Source: Mustelus asterias
Taxonomy: Eukaryota
Direction: 5' to 3'
Assembly: GCF_964213995.1 (NCBI RefSeq)
Contig: NC_135813.1
Span: forward strand, 12,524,001 to 12,588,000
Length of the DNA stretch: 64,000 nucleotides
The notes under the pieces were generated by a model. The model worked only from the letters and a program-made list of their open reading frames with translations. It was not told where the DNA came from and ran no database searches. Positions 60,930 to 64,000 of this stretch are shown piece after piece. Position numbers and translations under genes: made by a program. Positions within the stretch are counted from its first letter, which is position 1, and every line of letters begins with the position of its first letter.

Positions 60930-63380
60930 AGAGGTTTACAGCATGGTAACGGGCCACTTTGTTTTTAACCACTGAGCTAGTCCCAACTGCCCGTGTTTGG
61001 CCCATATCCCTCTATACCCATCTTACCCATGTAACTGTCTAAACACTTTAAAAAAACAAAATTGTATCCGCCTCTATTACTACATCTGGCAGCTTGTTCC
61101 AGACACTCACCACCCTCTGTGTGGGAAAAAAATGCCCCTCTGGACCCTTTTGTATCTCTCCCCTCTCACCTTAAACCTATGCCCTCTGGTTTTAGACTCC
61201 CCTACCTTTGGGAAAAGATATTGAATATCTAGCTGATCTATGCTCATTATTTTATAGACCTCTATAAGATCACCATTCAGTCTCCTACGCTCCGGAGAAA
61301 ACAATCCCAGTCTATCCAGCCTCCTTATAACTCAATCCATCAAATCCTGGTAGCATCCTAGTAAATCTTTTCTGCACTCTTTCTAGTTTAATAATATCCT
61401 TTCTATAACCGTACACAGTATTCCAAGTGTGGCCTTACCAATGTCTTGCACAACTTCAACAAGACATCCCAACTCCTGTATTCAATGTCCTGACCAATGA
61501 AACCAAGCATGCTGAATGCTGCCTTCACTACTCTGTCCACCTGTAACTCCAGTTTCAAGGAGCTATGAACCTGTACCCCTAGATCTCTTTGTTCTATACC
61601 TCTCCCCAACGCCCTACCATTAACTGAGTAAGTCCTGCCCTGGTTCGATCTACCAAAATGCATGACCTCACATTTATCTAAATTAAACTCCATCTGCCAT
61701 TCGTCAGCCCACTGGCTCAATTGATCAAGATCCCACTGCAATTGGAGATAACTTTCTTCACTGTCCACTATGCCACCAATCTTGGTGTCACCTGCAAACT
61801 TACTAACCATGCCTCCAACATTCTCATCCAAATCATTAATATAAATGACAAATAACAGTGGACCCAGCATCAATCCCTGAGGCACACCGCTGGTCACAGG
61901 CCTCCAGTTTGAAAAACAACCCTTTACAACCACTCTCTGTCTTCTGTCATCCAGCCAATTTTGTATCCATTTGGCTACCTCACCCTGGATCCCGTGAGAT
62001 TTAACCTTATGCAACAACCCACCATGCGGTACCTTGTCAAAGGCCTTGCTAAAGTCCATGTAGACAACGTCAACTGCACTGCCCTCATCGACTTTCTTGA
62101 ATGCCCCTTCAAAAAACTCAGTCAAATTTGAGAGACATGATTTTCCACTCAAAGCCATGCTGACTGTCCCTAATCAGTCCTTGCCTTTCTAAATGCCTGT
62201 AGATCCTGTCTCTCAGGATACCTAACAACTTACTCACTACAGATGTGAGACTCACCGGCCTGTCGTTCCCAGGGTTTTCCCTACAGCCCTTTTTAAACAA
62301 AGGCACTACATTTGCCACCCTCCAATCTTCAGGCATCTCACGTGTGGCTGTCAATGATTCAAATATCTCTGCTCGGGGACCCGCAGTTTCCTCTCTAGCC
62401 TCCCACAATGGGATACACTTCATCAGGTCCCGTGGATTTATCTACCTTGATGCGCTTTAAGACTTCCAGCACTACCACCTCTGTTATATGTACACTCCTC
62501 AAGACATCACTATTTTTTTCCCCAAGTTCCCTAACATCCATGCCTTTCTCAATAGTAAATACTGATGAGAAATATTCATTTAGGATCTCGCCCAGCTCTT
62601 GTAGATCTGCACATAGATGACCTTATTGATCCTTAAGAGGCTCTACCCTCTCCCTAGTTACTCTTTTGGCCTTTATGTATTTGTAGAATCTCTTTGATTC
62701 TCCTTTACCTTATCTGCCAAAGCAATCTCATGTCCCCTTTTTGCCCTCCTGATTTCTCTCTTCGCTCTACTCCTACACCCTCTATACTTTTCAAGGGATC
62801 CACTTGATCCCAGCTGCCTGTGCATGTCATGTGCCTCCTTCTTCTTCTTGACCAGGGCCTTATTATCGCGAGTCATCCAGGCTTCCCTACTTCTACCAGC
62901 CATGCCTTCCACTGGAAGAGGAGTGCTTACCCTGAACCCTGGTTAATACATTTTTGAAAGCCAGACATCCCTTTACCTGCCAACAGACTCTCCCAGTTAA
63001 CTTTTGAAAGTTCCTGTCTAATACCATCAAAATTGGCCTTGCCCCAATTTAGAATTTTAACTTTTGGGCCAGACCTATCATTCTCTATAGCTATCTTAAA
63101 ACTAATGGAATTATGGTCACTGGTCCCAAAGTGATTCCTCACTAACACTTCTGTCACCTGCCCTCCCTTATTTCCCAAGAGAAGGTCAAGTTTTGCCCTC
63201 TCTCTAGTCGGCCATCCACATACTGAATGAGAAATTCCTCCTGAATACACTCAACAAATTTCTCTCCATCCATGGCTGTCCCAGTCAATGTTGGGAAAGT
63301 TAAAATCCCCTACTATTACCACCCTATTTTTCTTGGCGCTATCTGTAATCTCCTTATATATTTGCTCCTCAATTTCCCTG
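60930..63380 (-). mobile_element. Degenerate CR1 LINE (endonuclease end to RT and tail) in NUP188 intron 1
   Basis: Frameshifted ORFs with LDLLLGN, SDHN, DWRVANVVPLFKKG, DFSKAFDKV, GVPQG, LVRPHLEYCV. Confidence 0.93.
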
Positions 63381-64000
63381 GTTGCAATGCTCAGACTTTA
63401 GTGTAGGAATAAACATTACATTTTAGTGAGAGGCATTGTTTCATTTTTGTTGGCTGTTATTCAGGCTGAAATGTACTTTTATTCTCTGCATTTCCCCATC
63501 CATAGGAAAAGCTACAGAGCTTTTATGACGCAACAACTTGATAAATTCCACAGTTTGAGTCCCATGTGATTACAATTTACCAGATCAGTGACTGTGGAGT
63601 AAACTTGTTGTCTAGTTATAGAATCTACAATTTCTTTCAAACACTTGATTGAATGTTGCCTATGTATTTTGCAACCAGAATGTGAAGAGAAAATAAGTTC
63701 ATATTTTTAATGAAAATTTGCCCTCCAGTTTACTCCTTTTAGCTGTTGAAAATAGTGCATCTTTTGCAGTTTCTATTTCTGAATTCTTATGGTTTTCTTT
63801 CCTTTTCTGTCATGTGATTCAATAGCACTGTCTGCCATCTTAAAAAAATTACACAAAAGGACAAATTCATATATAGGATAATTCTGACTTGTGAAATTAA
63901 GTAGTGTATTCTTTGGTGCTTTTTCCAAAACCATTCTTGTCTCTTCATCACCCTTTCTCTTCCTTTTAAGATTATCCTTAAAATTTCTCTTTGAAGCTTT

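Overview
Vertebrate genomic DNA, very probably a shark (abundant HE1-type V-SINEs, CR1 and Rex1 LINEs, a DeuSINE). The window carries the block syntenic to human 9q34.11: an LRRC8-family gene (+, one coding exon, 802 aa), PHYHD1 (+, nine firmly mapped coding exons plus an ambiguous first coding exon; a 22-nt micro-exon is not visible and may sit in the 200-N gap), DOLK (-, one coding exon with an apparent 5'UTR intron) and NUP188 exon 1 (+), the last two sharing a CpG-island bidirectional promoter. Main finding: the LRRC8 gene beside PHYHD1 is not LRRC8A-like but a divergent LRRC8D-like paralogue with a rewritten pore-constriction motif (YVW instead of DRH/DFQ), a candidate additional VRAC subunit. 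Other points: six TCACGTG boxes in the DOLK/NUP188 promoter, a chimeric two-subfamily CR1, a 240-bp local inverted templated insertion with a 14-bp target duplication, a TSD-bounded tandem Tx1-like fragment, Penelope-type hairpins and V-SINEs with two different tails. Exon coordinates were read from splice sites. Repeat boundaries are approximate. Family assignments rest on recalled reference sequences, not database searches.
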